Under the pieces are notes generated by a model. The model was not told the DNA's origin. It searched no databases and was given only the letters and a program-made list of their open reading frames with translations. A stretch of DNA of 64,000 nt from Minisyncoccota bacterium (lineage in GTDB: Bacteria; Patescibacteriota; Minisyncoccia; JAHIHE01; JAGLIN01): the NCBI GenBank assembly GCA_041661265.1, contig JBAZUT010000001.1:65854-129853 (forward strand), given 5' to 3'. Within the stretch, counting starts at the first letter, position 1. Each line of letters opens with the position of its first letter. The position numbers and the translations under genes were made by a program. Positions 7,653-17,245 of the stretch are shown here, in pieces.

Positions 7653-10058
7653 TTATTTTCTCTTTTTCTTGCTTCCTAAATAAAGTATAGTTTTGAGCAC
7701 CGTATCCGGAGTGAGAGAAATACTGTCGATCCCCTCCTTCACCACGAATTCCGCAAAGTCGGGGAAATCCGAAGGAGCCTGTCCGCAAATTCCCACTTTC
7801 CTCTTTCTCTTGTGTGCGCCCTTGATGAGCTGCCTTATGAGGATCTTCACGGCTTCGTTCTTTTCGTTTGCGATCGATGCGATCGGACCTCCGTTGTCCC
7901 TGTCGATGCCCAGGGTGAGCTGAGTGAGATCATTGCTTCCGATGGAGAATCCATCAAAAACTTTCGCGAATTCATCAACCAAAATTATATTTGCCGGAAT
8001 TTCCGCCATAACATAGACCCGGAGTCCGTTCTTTCCTCTTTCAAGCCCGGCTTCTTTCATGACAGCAAGAACCTTCTTGCCTTCCTCGACGGTCCTGCAG
8101 AACGGGATCATGACAATGACATTCGTCAGGCCAAATTCCTCGCGGACCTTTTTGATCGCTTGGCATTCCATTTTGAACGCCTCTTTATATCTTGGATCGT
8201 AATATCTTGATGCGCCTCGCCATCCGATCATCGGATTTTCCTCATGCGGCTCGAAATATGTTCCACCGATAAGATTGGCGTATTCGTTTGTCTTGAAATC
8301 GGAGAACCGCACGATCACGTCATTCGGATAGAATGCCGCGCCCAGTTTTCCGATCCCCTGCGATAATTTATCGATGAAAAAATCGGTCTTGCTCTTGTAT
8401 CCCGCGGTGATCTTGTGTATCTTGTTCGCGGTCTGCTTGTCGATCCTCACTCCCTTGATCTTGCCGTCCAGGGCCATAAGCGCCAGCGGATGAGCCTTGA
8501 TGGTGTTGTTGATGATGAATTCTTCTCTCGCAAGCCCCACTCCGTCATTCGGAATGAATGACTGGGTGAACGCCTGTTCCGGTTCTGCAAGATTCATCAT
8601 AACCTTGACCTTCGGCCTCTTGAGATTTTTGAGATCCGTTTTCTTTATCTCAAAATCGATCAGGCCTTCATAGACATACCCTTCCTCGCCTTCAGCGCAG
8701 CTCACGGTCACTTCTTTTCCGGTCTTCAGGACCTCGGTTGCATTCCTGGTTCCGACCACGCACGGGATCCCCAGCTCCCTGGAAACGATCGCCGCATGGC
8801 AGGTCCTTCCGCCGGAATTCGTCACAATGGCCGCCGCGATCTTCATGATCGGCTCCCAATCCGGATCGGTCATTTCAGTCACAAGAACCTCTCCCTTATT
8901 GAAATCCTCAATACTGCTCGCATCCTTTATCGCATTTACTTTGCCTTTTCCGATCTTATAGCCGACACTCGCGCCGGAACACAAAATCCTGCTCTTTCTC
9001 TTGATCTTATATTCTTCCAGGATATTCGCATCTCTCACACTCTGCGCGGTTTCAGGACGGGCCTGAACAATGAACAACTTTCCGGTTACTCCGTCCTTTG
9101 CCCATTCCATATCCATAGCTCGATCATAATGATCTTCAATGATAGTGGCCCACTCAGCAAGCTTGATGACCTCTTCTTCTTTCAGACAGAATTTTTTTCT
9201 ATCCTCAATCGGAACCGCCACATTCTTGGTGGAAATCTTCCCTGATGTGCTGTATACAAGCTTGTATGATTTGGATCCAAGCCTTTTTTCAATAATAGGC
9301 TTGAATCCCTGTTTCAAAGTCGGCTGAAATACATAGAACTCATCGGGAGTGACTTTTCCCTGAACGATATTTTCTCCGAGACCATAGATCGCATTGATGA
9401 CCACCGCGTCTTTGAATCCCGATTCAGTATCTATGGAGAACATGACGCCGCTCACAGACTTGTCCGACCTCACCATTTTCTGCACACCGACTGAAAGAGC
9501 GATTGAGAAATGATCGAATCCCTTGTCTTCCCTGTATGAAATAGCTCTGTTCGTAAAAAGCGATGCGATGCATTGTTTTGTCGCGTAAAGGACATTATGC
9601 ACGCCTCTGATATTCAAATAGGTTTCCTGCTGTCCGGCAAATGAAGCATCGGGAAGATCTTCCGCGGTAGCGCTGGACCTGACGGCCGTATCCACATATT
9701 CGCCATATTGCTTTTCCATTTCATGATATGCATCCGCGATATCCTTGTTGAGATCTTCCGGAAGTTCGGCGGCCATGATCGTATGGCGCACTTTTTCACC
9801 CCTTTCCGCAAGATTCTTCATATTATGAGTGTCCAGATCCTTCAATATCTCCCTGATCTTCTCCATAAGCCCGGAATCTTTCATGAAATGCCTGTAGGCA
9901 TGAGCAGAAAGCGCGAATCCGTTCGGAATATTGACATTTTTCTTCGTGAGTTTCTGATACATCTCGCCCAAGCTGGCATTCTTTCCACCGACAAGACCGA
10001 CATCTTTATTCGTCACTTCCTTGTACCATAATATGTTTTTTTGTTTTCTGTTTTCCAT
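7653..10058 (-). CDS. ppsA: Phosphoenolpyruvate synthase (pyruvate, water dikinase)
   Basis: N-terminal VGGKNASLGEM, phosphohistidine domain GGRTCHAAIVSRELGIPCVVG, C-terminal PEP-utilising domain. Confidence 0.85.
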   Translation of the reverse strand: MENRKQKNILWYKEVTNKDVGLVGGKNASLGEMYQKLTKKNVNIPNGFALSAHAYRHFMKDSGLMEKIREILKDLDTHNMKNLAERGEKVRHTIMAAELPEDLNKDIADAYHEMEKQYGEYVDTAVRSSATAEDLPDASFAGQQETYLNIRGVHNVLYATKQCIASLFTNRAISYREDKGFDHFSIALSVGVQKMVRSDKSVSGVMFSIDTESGFKDAVVINAIYGLGENIVQGKVTPDEFYVFQPTLKQGFKPIIEKRLGSKSYKLVYSTSGKISTKNVAVPIEDRKKFCLKEEEVIKLAEWATIIEDHYDRAMDMEWAKDGVTGKLFIVQARPETAQSVRDANILEEYKIKRKSRILCSGASVGYKIGKGKVNAIKDASSIEDFNKGEVLVTEMTDPDWEPIMKIAAAIVTNSGGRTCHAAIVSRELGIPCVVGTRNATEVLKTGKEVTVSCAEGEEGYVYEGLIDFEIKKTDLKNLKRPKVKVMMNLAEPEQAFTQSFIPNDGVGLAREEFIINNTIKAHPLALMALDGKIKGVRIDKQTANKIHKITAGYKSKTDFFIDKLSQGIGKLGAAFYPNDVIVRFSDFKTNEYANLIGGTYFEPHEENPMIGWRGASRYYDPRYKEAFKMECQAIKKVREEFGLTNVIVMIPFCRTVEEGKKVLAVMKEAGLERGKNGLRVYVMAEIPANIILVDEFAKVFDGFSIGSNDLTQLTLGIDRDNGGPIASIANEKNEAVKILIRQLIKGAHKRKRKVGICGQAPSDFPDFAEFVVKEGIDSISLTPDTVLKTILYLGSKKKRK

Positions 10059-10159
10059 TTTATTTTATTATTGTTTAAGTGTTTTTAAAGCATATACATT
10101 ATAACATATAATCGAATACCGCAAAAGTCCGATTTTGCACTGTATTCCGATATTTTACC

Positions 10160-10666
10160 CTATCTTGATCCGACCCGTTTTGAAAGTTCCGCCACGGCTT
10201 TTTCATAATCTTCTCCGGATTCCACGTTAAGGGAAAATCTCCTGTGATCGTTTATGAAAATGATTATAGACCTGCCCAAGATATCAAAAAAATACGCCAT
10301 AACCGCCATAAGATTCTTGTCGGATATGTGATAACCCGAGATCTCCGACCACATGAAAAATTCCTTCCTCTTCTCCCGAGATCTCACAATTTCAATTCCT
10401 TTCTCGTCTATCCTATAGGACTCCAGAGGCTCCCCGCTGTTATATTTTACTTTGGCATTTATATAGTGAGTGAAAGATGCCAGAATTATAAGAGACACGA
10501 GAACAATGATCGCCAGCGGCTTGGAAAATATCAGCAAAAAAACGATTGACAGTCCTATTGTCAGCAGTGTCATGATAAACAGGAACTTCTGGTCCATCCT
10601 TCTTTTTATTCCCTTCTCGCTGATCTCCCACTTTATCTCTTTGATCTGTATGTTTTCCGATCCCAT
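10160..10666 (-). CDS. Hypothetical membrane protein
   Basis: ORF track; two TM helices. Confidence 0.4.
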   Translation of the reverse strand: MGSENIQIKEIKWEISEKGIKRRMDQKFLFIMTLLTIGLSIVFLLIFSKPLAIIVLVSLIILASFTHYINAKVKYNSGEPLESYRIDEKGIEIVRSREKRKEFFMWSEISGYHISDKNLMAVMAYFFDILGRSIIIFINDHRRFSLNVESGEDYEKAVAELSKRVGSR

Positions 10667-10678
10667 ATTTTTTTTCGC

Positions 10679-11206
10679 TTAAGGCTTCTTTACTATATAT
10701 ACACATAAATTTCCAAAGGGTTCGCATCTCGGGTCATTGGTATCTTCGAACGCCGCAGTCAGCTCATAGCTTTTTCCGTCGGATCTATAGCCGTAAAAAC
10801 GGGAACCGGAAAGGGGGTCTATATAGTTCTTTTTAAGATACCAGTCTTGGCGGAGAAGCTTATATATGTAGCTGTTTTCGTCGCTTATCTTTTCGTATCC
10901 GTTCGTTATCGGATATTCGTTCTGATTGTATTTTGCATATTCATCTATGGCATAACTGATATCGCCGAGATCTTTTACTCTTTGATTATCGCGATCGTCG
11001 GGAGTCTGGTTGGCAGTTGGAATTTCCGGTGAAACCGCCTCGGGAAGCTCTCCCGTATCTATTTCCTTCACAGGCACAACAACGCTTTCCCCTTCAGTGA
11101 TGCCCTTTTGATCGGAATAGCTTTTCCAGACAGAATATCCGCCAAAAATTATCATTGCAACGATCGCTATGATGATTATTTTTCTGTAATTGCTTTTTAT
11201 TTCCAT
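10679..11206 (-). CDS. Membrane-anchored protein with a pseudopilin-like C-terminal module (YGYRSDGKSYELTAAFEDTNDPRC), paralogous to the C-terminus of 2416..4089
   Basis: N-terminal TM anchor; shared C-terminal motif. Confidence 0.45.
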   Translation of the reverse strand: MEIKSNYRKIIIIAIVAMIIFGGYSVWKSYSDQKGITEGESVVVPVKEIDTGELPEAVSPEIPTANQTPDDRDNQRVKDLGDISYAIDEYAKYNQNEYPITNGYEKISDENSYIYKLLRQDWYLKKNYIDPLSGSRFYGYRSDGKSYELTAAFEDTNDPRCEPFGNLCVYIVKKP

Positions 11207-11282
11207 GGCTTAAATGATATTCTTAGATACGATCGGATCTTTTTATATTATACCAATAATACCGCGTTTTTGAAACATACCG

Positions 11283-12470
11283 TCAGTTTTTTCCGACAGC
11301 CTTCCTGAAGTTGTTATAGAAAAACAATAACGCGGCAACCGAAACGAAGAAAAGGTTTATGGCCATTCCATAAAAGATCGAGAGTTCGCCGGAGGCTTTT
11401 CCCACCATGACTATTATCACCGAGAATAGGAGAAGATAAAGCTGCGACTGGATGCTGATCGTCGTCGCCCTGTGACTGGAAGGCACGATCTTGTTTATTA
11501 GGCTCGTGATATAAACATACTGAGTTCCAAAATTGAAAGAAAGAAGAGCGATGAAGAACAGGATCAGCGCGAGATTCTTTGTCATAAAAGCCAAAGAACA
11601 AAATACCGTAACGAGGAGATAAAAAACAATTATTTTTTTCTGGCTGAATTTTTTTTCAAAATAGGGATAGGACATCGACCCCATCGAACTCGAAAGATTG
11701 ACCCCCACATACACAAAACTGAGATAAAGAACGGTCAGGCCTGCAAAGTCCAGCACCGGCTGATAGTAATAGAACAAGACGTCCGACGCGGCAAGCATTA
11801 GGGAAAATGTGACTATGATCAGCCAGACATTCCCTTCTTTCATCAGGAATTTCAGTCCGTCCTTCACCTGGCCAAAATGGCCGCCTATGGATTTCTGATA
11901 TGCGGGTTCTTTCAGTGTTGAAAGAACAGCGATCAAGCCCAAGCTTGAAAAAACAGCAAGGAGGAACGGGAGCTTGAGATCGATCGAATAAGCGAAAGCT
12001 CCCGCGACCGAAGCCACGATCCTGCTCCAGAAAAAGCAGACCATGATCTTGGATTGCGTTTTTTCATATTTGCTTTCCTCGCCAAGATTAAGAAGCGTAT
12101 CATAAACGATCGCAGAATCGGTTCCGGACCGGAGCGCGCTTGAAAATCCCATAAAAACCATCGAAATGAAGAAGTGTTCAAATGTTCCTCCCAAAAACAG
12201 CATCAAGGATGAAAGCGAGGAAAATGCAGTACCGATGATCAAAACATTCTTTCTGGAATATTTATCGGCCCAAACGCTCGAAGGTATCTCAAAAATGACC
12301 TGCACAAGGACCAGCGTACTTAGCAGGATACCAACCCGACCGAGAACAAGCCCGCTATGCAGCAGATACAAAATGAAAATAGGCAATGGAAACCAAAGTG
12401 CTTCGAGAAATCCCATGAGATAGAATTTCCTGATATTGGATCTCAAATTCATGCTCCAAAAATCAAACAT
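11283..12470 (-). CDS. MFS-type transporter
   Basis: About 12 predicted TM helices; typical MFS loop pattern. Confidence 0.55.
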   Translation of the reverse strand: MFDFWSMNLRSNIRKFYLMGFLEALWFPLPIFILYLLHSGLVLGRVGILLSTLVLVQVIFEIPSSVWADKYSRKNVLIIGTAFSSLSSLMLFLGGTFEHFFISMVFMGFSSALRSGTDSAIVYDTLLNLGEESKYEKTQSKIMVCFFWSRIVASVAGAFAYSIDLKLPFLLAVFSSLGLIAVLSTLKEPAYQKSIGGHFGQVKDGLKFLMKEGNVWLIIVTFSLMLAASDVLFYYYQPVLDFAGLTVLYLSFVYVGVNLSSSMGSMSYPYFEKKFSQKKIIVFYLLVTVFCSLAFMTKNLALILFFIALLSFNFGTQYVYITSLINKIVPSSHRATTISIQSQLYLLLFSVIIVMVGKASGELSIFYGMAINLFFVSVAALLFFYNNFRKAVGKN

Positions 12471-12486
12471 ATTCGATCATAACAAT

Positions 12487-12981
12487 TTATTCTGCAACCA
12501 GCGGATTTCTTCCTGCATCGATCTCCTCTTTGTCGGAAAGTCCATCACCATCCGTGTCGAATTTATAAGGATCCGTTCCGAGTTTTTTTTCTTCAGGGTC
12601 AGTGAGACCGTCGCTATCGCTGTCCAATTGCCCAGGACCGTTGGGATCATAGCCGGCCGACACCTCAACGCCATCTTCATAACCATCTCCGTCAGTATCT
12701 TTTACAAGTGGATCCGTTTTCCATGTCTTCACTTCATCAAAATCAGAAAGACCGTCGCCATCCGTATCGGCCAGATTTTTGTCGGTCCCAAGTTTTTCTT
12801 CTTCATCATCGAACAGCCCATCGCCGTCCGTGTCAACTTTTTTCGGCTCTTCTTTTTTTTCGGTGACAACCGGCGCGGGTGTATCCGCAACCTCCTCTTT
12901 CTTTCTGATCGAACACCCGGAAAAATACACCGCAATCAGAATAAGCACCGCCAGCATGGATATTTTTTTTATGTTTTTCAT
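12487..12981 (-). CDS. Lipoprotein with thrombospondin type-3-like Ca-binding repeats (DTDGDGLSD...)
   Basis: Lipobox FSGC; at least 5 DxDxDGxxDxxE repeats. Confidence 0.6.
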   Translation of the reverse strand: MKNIKKISMLAVLILIAVYFSGCSIRKKEEVADTPAPVVTEKKEEPKKVDTDGDGLFDDEEEKLGTDKNLADTDGDGLSDFDEVKTWKTDPLVKDTDGDGYEDGVEVSAGYDPNGPGQLDSDSDGLTDPEEKKLGTDPYKFDTDGDGLSDKEEIDAGRNPLVAE

Positions 12982-13002
12982 ATTTTTGATTATGATAAAT
13001 TA

Positions 13003-13974
13003 TTAACCGGCCACCTTGCTGCCCACATTTCCATATTCATCCATCTGCTTCAGGATCTCTATCCTTCTCTCGATCGGCGGATGGCTGTGAAAAAAAGATT
13101 CCCACCAAGGTCCTGATCCTTTCCTGAAAGGGCTTGAAATATAGAGATGGGCTGTCGAATAATTCCGGGTCTCAAGAGGATGGCTGTCAGCTGCGATCTT
13201 TTCCAGCGCCAGCGCAAGCCCCATCGGATATCTTGTGAAAAGCACTCCTTCCGCATCGGCCAGAAACTCCCTCTTTCTCGATATACCGTAAAAAACAAGC
13301 TCTTCTATGAATGGAATGAAGGAGAGAACCAGGGCAAGAGACATTCCTATAAGTATTATGCCATAGAACATGCTCATAATGAAAGCCTTGATCAAAGACT
13401 CCGCAGCATCTTCGGAACTCAGGAATTCTGAGAACCATTTGATCATGTTTACCACGATATCCACGATCCTCCTTATGAACCCCATAAGGAACACCAGGGA
13501 AGTTGCGAGCATGACATCATTATTCTCGATGTGCGCGATCTCATGAGCGACCACCCCCTCAAGCTCAAGATTATCCAATCTTGAAAGCGCTCCTTCGGTC
13601 AGAACCAGGACGGCATTTTCAGGCTTTTTTCCTATCGTAAAAGCATTGATCGCGATATCCGGAGTTTTGCAGATCTTCGGAACAGGGATCCCCGCGACCT
13701 TGCTCAGATTTTCGACAGTATTATAAAGGTCCTCATGATCTTTCCGGTCAAGCGCAACCGCCCTGTTTTCTTTCAATATCAGCTTATTCGAAAAAATGTA
13801 ATCGCCAAAACTCGCAGCCAGCAAGATCGCCAGCGCCAATGCGGCATAAAAGTGATTTCTCAGAAGCATGAGATCGACTATATAGGCGGCAATAGCCAGA
13901 AAGATGACAAAAACCGAAACAAATATCATCGTCTGTTTCATGTTCTCGTCTATCCTGTTATATGTTGTCGGCAT
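13003..13974 (-). CDS. htpX: M48 family zinc metalloprotease HtpX homolog
   Basis: HEIAHIENND HExxH motif, TM helices, conserved HtpX C-terminus (HPPIERRI). Confidence 0.75.
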   Translation of the reverse strand: MPTTYNRIDENMKQTMIFVSVFVIFLAIAAYIVDLMLLRNHFYAALALAILLAASFGDYIFSNKLILKENRAVALDRKDHEDLYNTVENLSKVAGIPVPKICKTPDIAINAFTIGKKPENAVLVLTEGALSRLDNLELEGVVAHEIAHIENNDVMLATSLVFLMGFIRRIVDIVVNMIKWFSEFLSSEDAAESLIKAFIMSMFYGIILIGMSLALVLSFIPFIEELVFYGISRKREFLADAEGVLFTRYPMGLALALEKIAADSHPLETRNYSTAHLYISSPFRKGSGPWWESFFHSHPPIERRIEILKQMDEYGNVGSKVAG

Positions 13975-13986
13975 GATAATAATTAT

Positions 13987-15138
13987 CTATGAAATAATAT
14001 CGATATAATTGCCATATTCCTCCTTGACCGGCACGAGTTTTTCATATGACGGAATATTCTCTATGTTCAGTTTTTTCACCAGAAAATCTTCCACATAATC
14101 GAAATATTGGTCAAGGTCGCCGATCGCCAGATCGTTCCGGGTCCCTCCGTCCTCGCGCTGTCTTACACATGAGTTATTATAGCTTATATAGAGAATAAAA
14201 TAATAGGTCTGAAAAAACATGGCGATGACGGTACTGATGATCACAAAAGGCACCGCGGCGATCCAATAGACCAGCGCCGAATTGGGATCGGAAAGGCTGA
14301 TATAGTCGCTTCCCAAAATGAATATCAGCTGGCAGAGGAAGATATAAAGCGAAAATATAAGAAGATAGAAAGCTATCGAAAAGACAAGTCCGAACATGCC
14401 CACCGACGACCATTTTTTGTTTATCAGATAACTCTTTATAGCAGCATGCTTCGGCAAACTCCGATAATATGCATAATCTATAGAAGTGTAATTCATCAAG
14501 TTTGAGACCATTGCGATCGAAAAATACTGGCTGAAACTTATGCCGGTGTCGCTTGAAAAAAGAAATCTCCTCCTCATATGCCAAAGAGTATTGTGTACAT
14601 AATACCTGATCCACAATTTCTGAAAAGTCAGATTGAGGATGCCGGAAATATCGGAAAGTTCTTCTCTGAATATCTGAGAATAGGAATGATTCGCATTCTC
14701 GTTCGACACCGATTCAAACAGCTTCTTGAAAAAGACCACGTTCAAAAAAGTTATGATCGCCGGCATCAAAATAAGAAAGAACCAGAATGGCATCGTGATC
14801 CAGATGATAATGACGGCAATGCTGAACAGAGCATATATCATCTCAAAAGAGAATATCGACGTGACACTGACTGACCATCCGGGCCCGGTCAGAATATCCA
14901 TCATTGTATCGAGATTGAAAAAAAGGAACAGGCATATGGCCGGAAGAATGATGAGAGCCAGAACAACTGACGATATATGTAAAAAATACAAAGATCTGTT
15001 CCGGCAAAACACCGCCCAGGATAATCTTATGATCTTCAGACCCAATGAAAATCCATTGCTCCTTGAAGCAATGATGGCAAAAGCAATGGCAATGGCCCCG
15101 AAAATAATACCCAGTATATCATAAAATTGTATCTGCAT
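13987..15138 (-). CDS. Hypothetical polytopic membrane protein
   Basis: ORF track. Confidence 0.4.
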   Translation of the reverse strand: MQIQFYDILGIIFGAIAIAFAIIASRSNGFSLGLKIIRLSWAVFCRNRSLYFLHISSVVLALIILPAICLFLFFNLDTMMDILTGPGWSVSVTSIFSFEMIYALFSIAVIIIWITMPFWFFLILMPAIITFLNVVFFKKLFESVSNENANHSYSQIFREELSDISGILNLTFQKLWIRYYVHNTLWHMRRRFLFSSDTGISFSQYFSIAMVSNLMNYTSIDYAYYRSLPKHAAIKSYLINKKWSSVGMFGLVFSIAFYLLIFSLYIFLCQLIFILGSDYISLSDPNSALVYWIAAVPFVIISTVIAMFFQTYYFILYISYNNSCVRQREDGGTRNDLAIGDLDQYFDYVEDFLVKKLNIENIPSYEKLVPVKEEYGNYIDIIS

Positions 15139-15179
15139 GATCCCTTTCTTTGATTATCTCATTAAACGCCGGCGACGGA

Positions 15180-16175
15180 TCAATCGACTTTAAAATTCCG
15201 CATCCAGTCGCTCCGATAATCCACGTTGAACTGCCGGAAGAACTTCACCTCGCTCACCTGCGCGCACCATTCATCCCCATACATGAAGATCGACCGGGTA
15301 ATATCCGAAAAATATTCATAATTTGTGACCGGATTGCACCTCGCGCTGAGAATGGCATAGTTTACTATATTTCCGACAAATCCCGCATCGCTCCGGAAAT
15401 TCTTCAGATGCTCGGCTTCGTGCACAAGAACCGAAGCAAAAAATATATTATCCTCGACCGAATCAAAAGGAGAAGCAAAAACACCGTTTATCTCAATGAG
15501 ATTATCCGGCATATGAGCAAGCCCGAGGAACAGACCCATATCCCTTGCGGGAAATACGAAGGATTCTGTATTGGAAACGATCTTTTCATATGCTCTCGGA
15601 TCAATGGCCCTGAGAAAATCCAGAGTGTCCGAAAGGTTCTTGATGCCGGATAAGGGTCCCTTTGCCGTTCGGAGGAGATATCCGGCCTTCTCGTCCAGAG
15701 CTGCGCTGTTCTCATAGTTCAAAATCCTCTGGTGTGTGAATGCATCGAAAAAACTATTGAAAAGCGTCAGAATGATCACGATGTTGATGGCCATGAATAT
15801 CCTCACCGCTTTTTCGAATTCAGCGATATTGGGAAATATGCGGTCATAGAATCTCACAAATCCCCCGGTTATGCTTTCCCTGGCCTCGGGAGTAAATTTG
15901 TTTTTCCTTGAAAGATAAATGAGCGAGATCCTGACCAATGAATAAAGCAGGAAAAAGCTCAGGCTGAAAACTCCGACAATGCTGGGGAAAAGCTCGAACT
16001 GAAAAACAAGAGATAACAGAAAAAAAGAGATCTTATATAGCGCTATGGACGCTGCAAAAACAAGAAGGTATATAGTGAACTCGAAAACAAACCCCCTGAA
16101 ATTATCTTTTTTCAATTTCAGAAGCTTCCACCAAATTATAGAAAGCAATGTAAGAATAATCAGATCTCCGATCAT
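15180..16175 (-). CDS. Membrane protein with an HExxH motif (VLVHEAEHL), putative zinc metalloprotease
   Basis: HExxH plus N-terminal TM helices. Confidence 0.4.
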   Translation of the reverse strand: MIGDLIILTLLSIIWWKLLKLKKDNFRGFVFEFTIYLLVFAASIALYKISFFLLSLVFQFELFPSIVGVFSLSFFLLYSLVRISLIYLSRKNKFTPEARESITGGFVRFYDRIFPNIAEFEKAVRIFMAINIVIILTLFNSFFDAFTHQRILNYENSAALDEKAGYLLRTAKGPLSGIKNLSDTLDFLRAIDPRAYEKIVSNTESFVFPARDMGLFLGLAHMPDNLIEINGVFASPFDSVEDNIFFASVLVHEAEHLKNFRSDAGFVGNIVNYAILSARCNPVTNYEYFSDITRSIFMYGDEWCAQVSEVKFFRQFNVDYRSDWMRNFKVD

Positions 16176-16184
16176 AATGCTTTT

Positions 16185-17228
16185 TTATTGCCGAAATAGC
16201 CTATTATAATTCTCCTCGTCTATGATCCTTATCTGCTCCTTCAGTTTCCTGTAGTCGTCCGGAAAAAAAACATCTGCGGGAGCAACGACCAGCGGATCGT
16301 GCCCATATTTTATCTCACTGAAATCATTATATCCGTCCGAATCCGTGTCTGCTTTGTTCGGGTCACTCGAAACGACAAATTCTACATTATTTGAAAGCCC
16401 ATCGCTGTCGTTATCCTCCCCTTTAACAATATTATCTTCTTCCGGCAAGCTTGATTCCGGCAAGGGCGCAGCATCCCCGGCATCCGTATCCATCGAAGAA
16501 GTGTCCCCGCTTTCACCGACGCTTGCATCGACAGGATCTTTTGCATCACCCGCAGGAATATTCCCGCTTTCCTCTTGTCCGCTCACTGGGGATATAGAGC
16601 CGGCGCAACTCATCCTCCTGACAAAATCAAATGCACGATCACTGTTGAATTTGTCCGCCTTGTTCGTTATAAGGATCACAATGACGCTATCCGCGCAATC
16701 TATCTTTCCTAAAAAACCCGAGATCTTATCGTTAAGGTTCTGATATCCCTCATTTTCTATCATATTGTAATTCACTTCCGCCCTGCCGTCTTCGATCTTG
16801 CCCGTTCCTCTCACCGCATAACTGTCCGCCGCATAAAATTCTATGAATATCTCGTCATTCGATTTCTTGTCTTCGCTTTTGGTTGAATCATATCTCAGAT
16901 GCGCGTCGGAGAAACCTTTTGACATCGCCAGAATATTTATTTCATTTCCGTTCTTTTCGTCCAGTATTTCAACATTTTTTGCCATGTCGTTGAACATCTT
17001 TAATTTGAAAGCGCCCTGAAAAACAAAATAATCGTCTATAAGCTCCCAGTTTCCGATCTTTTTCGCCTCCTCAAGACCTATCTTCCTCTCGTCAAGATCG
17101 CGATAGTACCAAGTCAGGCCTGCAGCGCCGGCGACAACCAAAAGCACCAGGGCTGCGAGCGATAACTTCACGGCAACTCCCCGGAAAAACTTCTTGTTAT
17201 ATGATTGTATCTGTTCGTATTGATCCAT
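16185..17228 (-). CDS. Membrane-anchored protein with C-terminal TSP3-like Ca-binding repeats
   Basis: N-terminal TM; DNDSDGLSNN...DTDSDGYNDFSE repeats. Confidence 0.5.
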   Translation of the reverse strand: MDQYEQIQSYNKKFFRGVAVKLSLAALVLLVVAGAAGLTWYYRDLDERKIGLEEAKKIGNWELIDDYFVFQGAFKLKMFNDMAKNVEILDEKNGNEINILAMSKGFSDAHLRYDSTKSEDKKSNDEIFIEFYAADSYAVRGTGKIEDGRAEVNYNMIENEGYQNLNDKISGFLGKIDCADSVIVILITNKADKFNSDRAFDFVRRMSCAGSISPVSGQEESGNIPAGDAKDPVDASVGESGDTSSMDTDAGDAAPLPESSLPEEDNIVKGEDNDSDGLSNNVEFVVSSDPNKADTDSDGYNDFSEIKYGHDPLVVAPADVFFPDDYRKLKEQIRIIDEENYNRLFRQ

Positions 17229-17245
17229 ATGAACTTAAATGAAGA

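Noticed and set aside
12436-13116. 226-aa plus-strand ORF overlapping the TSP3 lipoprotein and htpX start
   Set aside because: Phe/Arg/Ile-rich nonsense translation; the opposite-strand genes carry clear motifs.
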